Source: Pseudoalteromonas translucida KMM 520
Lineage (GTDB): Bacteria; Pseudomonadota; Gammaproteobacteria; Enterobacterales; Alteromonadaceae
Reading direction: 5' to 3'
DNA length: 32,000 bases
Assembly: GCF_001465295.1 (NCBI RefSeq)
Contig: NZ_CP011034.1
Location: forward strand, 3,120,001 to 3,152,000
The notes beneath the pieces are model-generated. The model worked only from the letters and a program-made list of their open reading frames with translations, did no database searches and was not told where the DNA came from. The translations under genes and the position numbers were made by a program. Positions 30,803-32,000 of the stretch are shown in pieces. Each line of letters starts with the position of its first letter. Positions within the stretch are counted from its first letter, which is position 1.

Positions 30803-30927
30803 TGTAAGCTTTGCTTATATTGCTATTAAGCAAGTAAAACAGATAAAAATTAACCACTGGCTATTGGCGAAACAGGCTGCTTGCAGTAAACTACGCCTTT
30901 GCTTTTAAATTATTTTGGAGTGCTGAG

Positions 30928-31203
30928 ATGGCCCGCGTAACAGTTGAAGATGCAGTAGATGCAATTGGTAATCGTTTTGACTTAATTTTAGTTGCGGCCC
31001 GTCGTGCCCGTCAAATTGCTGTTGGTGGTAAAAGACCACTAGTAGACCCTGAAAACGATAAGCCTACGGTAATTGCTTTACGTGAAATTGAATTAGGTTT
31101 GGTAGATAGCTCATCAATGGACGTTATTGATCGTGAAGAGCAACAACATCAAGAAGCAGCTGAACTAGCTGCTGTTGCTGCTATTGTTGGTGGCAACCAA
31201 TAA
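30928..31203 (+). CDS. rpoZ: DNA-directed RNA polymerase omega subunit
   Basis: 91 aa beginning [30 protein letters not shown], matching RpoZ. It sits in the gmk-rpoZ-spoT order. Confidence 0.95.
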   Translation: MARVTVEDAVDAIGNRFDLILVAARRARQIAVGGKRPLVDPENDKPTVIALREIELGLVDSSSMDVIDREEQQHQEAAELAAVAAIVGGNQ

Positions 31204-31225
31204 TCGACCTCCCGGTCTGATTTTA

Positions 31226-31260
31226 GCCAACGGCGCAGTATTTCTTCACTAGCCGTTGGC
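31226..31260 (+). other. 9-bp stem hairpin in the rpoZ-spoT spacer
   Basis: GCCAACGGC (31226-31234) pairs with GCCGTTGGC (31252-31260) around a 17-nt loop. It is followed by AATCCTGTCTTTT, an imperfect U-tract. Confidence 0.35.
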
Positions 31261-31331
31261 AATCCTGTCTTTTCATCGTATATTCTTAACTTACCGTTTC
31301 CTATTTGCTTCACAAGAACATTGGAGTGTGA

Positions 31332-32000
31332 ATGTATCTTTTTGAAGGTCTTAAAAAGAAAATTTCAGAATACTTGCCAGCCGCCGACGTTGAGCTGGTG
31401 CAAAAAGCCTATGTGGTAGCCCGAGAGGCCCATGAAGGACAAACTCGTTCAAGTGGCGAGCCCTACATTACTCACCCTGTTGAAGTAAGCCAAATTCTTG
31501 CAAGTATGCATCTTGACCATGAAACACTTATGGCTGCGTTGATGCATGATGTTATTGAAGATACGAATTTTAGCCAGCAAGACTTAGCTGAAATTTTTGG
31601 TGATACTGTTGCTGAGTTAGTTGAAGGGGTAAGTAAGCTCGATAAACTTAGCTTTAAAGATAAAAAAGAATTCCAAGCTGAGAATTACCGCAAAATGATT
31701 ATGGCAATGACCCAAGATATTCGGGTTATTTTAATCAAGCTTGCCGACCGTACGCACAATATGCGCACATTAGGCTCACTTCGCCCTGATAAGCGTCGCC
31801 GTATTGCCCGCGAAACATTAGAAATTTATGCACCAATTGCCAATCGTTTAGGTATTCATGATATTAAAAATGAGCTAGAAGATTTAGGTTTTCAGGCTTT
31901 ATATCCGATGCGTCATCGTGCACTTAAATCTGAAGTTGCTAAAGCGCGAGGTAATCGCAAGGAAGTTATTTCTAACATTCAAAACGAAATAGAAATGCGT
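31332..32000 (+). CDS. spoT: bifunctional (p)ppGpp synthetase/hydrolase, N-terminal 223 codons (continues past the window)
   Basis: Not in the ORF track because it is open-ended. Hand translation gives MYLFEGLKKKISEYLPAADVELVQKAYVVAREAHEGQTRSSGEPYITHPVEV...HDVIEDT...RVILIKLADRTHNMRTLGSLRPDKRRRIARETLEIYAPIANRLGIH. This follows E. coli SpoT almost residue for residue. Confidence 0.95.
   Translation, partial: MYLFEGLKKKISEYLPAADVELVQKAYVVAREAHEGQTRSSGEPYITHPVEVSQILASMHLDHETLMAALMHDVIEDTNFSQQDLAEIFGDTVAELVEGVSKLDKLSFKDKKEFQAENYRKMIMAMTQDIRVILIKLADRTHNMRTLGSLRPDKRRRIARETLEIYAPIANRLGIHDIKNELEDLGFQALYPMRHRALKSEVAKARGNRKEVISNIQNEIEMR

Overview
This is a chromosomal window from a marine gammaproteobacterium. 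Gene content, protein sequences and rRNA look Alteromonadales/Pseudoalteromonas-like, but that assignment is from memory, not a search.

Layout, left to right:
- 1-3555, minus strand: an NAD(P)H-binding protein (cut by the window edge), beta-carbonic anhydrase can, a Methyltransf_32-type methyltransferase, and a membrane-anchored NMT1/SsuA-like binding protein.
- 3653-9238, minus strand: the ilvL-ilvG-ilvM-ilvD-ilvA operon. I found the leader peptide and attenuator by hand. There is no ilvE.
- 9594-16680, plus strand: an envelope-remodelling cluster. It holds eptA (PmrC/MCR-like), dgkA and a COG1368 LTA-synthase-family transferase, then an OmpR-family response regulator, a sensor kinase and a secreted TraB/GumN protein.
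- 16736-21003, minus strand: a modF-like double ABC ATPase, then fatty-acid cis/trans isomerase (cti) preceded by a translationally coupled acidic 120-aa ORF.
- 21243-27093, minus strand: a complete rrn operon, 16S-tRNAIle(GAU)-tRNAAla(UGC)-23S-5S, with tandem promoters, boxA elements and a terminator.
- 27228-32000: a second dgkA, pyrE and rph (minus), then yicC, gmk, rpoZ and the 5' part of spoT (plus).

I see no transposase, integrase, CRISPR array, phage gene or recognisable defence gene.

The best candidate for something not yet characterised is the eptA-dgkA-second transferase / RR-HK-gumN module. It has a PmrA-box-like CTTAAG-N5-CTTAAG repeat upstream. The kinase has no recognisable G1 (DxGxG) box. 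The second candidate is the acidic partner ORF of cti, together with a lipobox on Cti. The rest looks like ordinary core genome.
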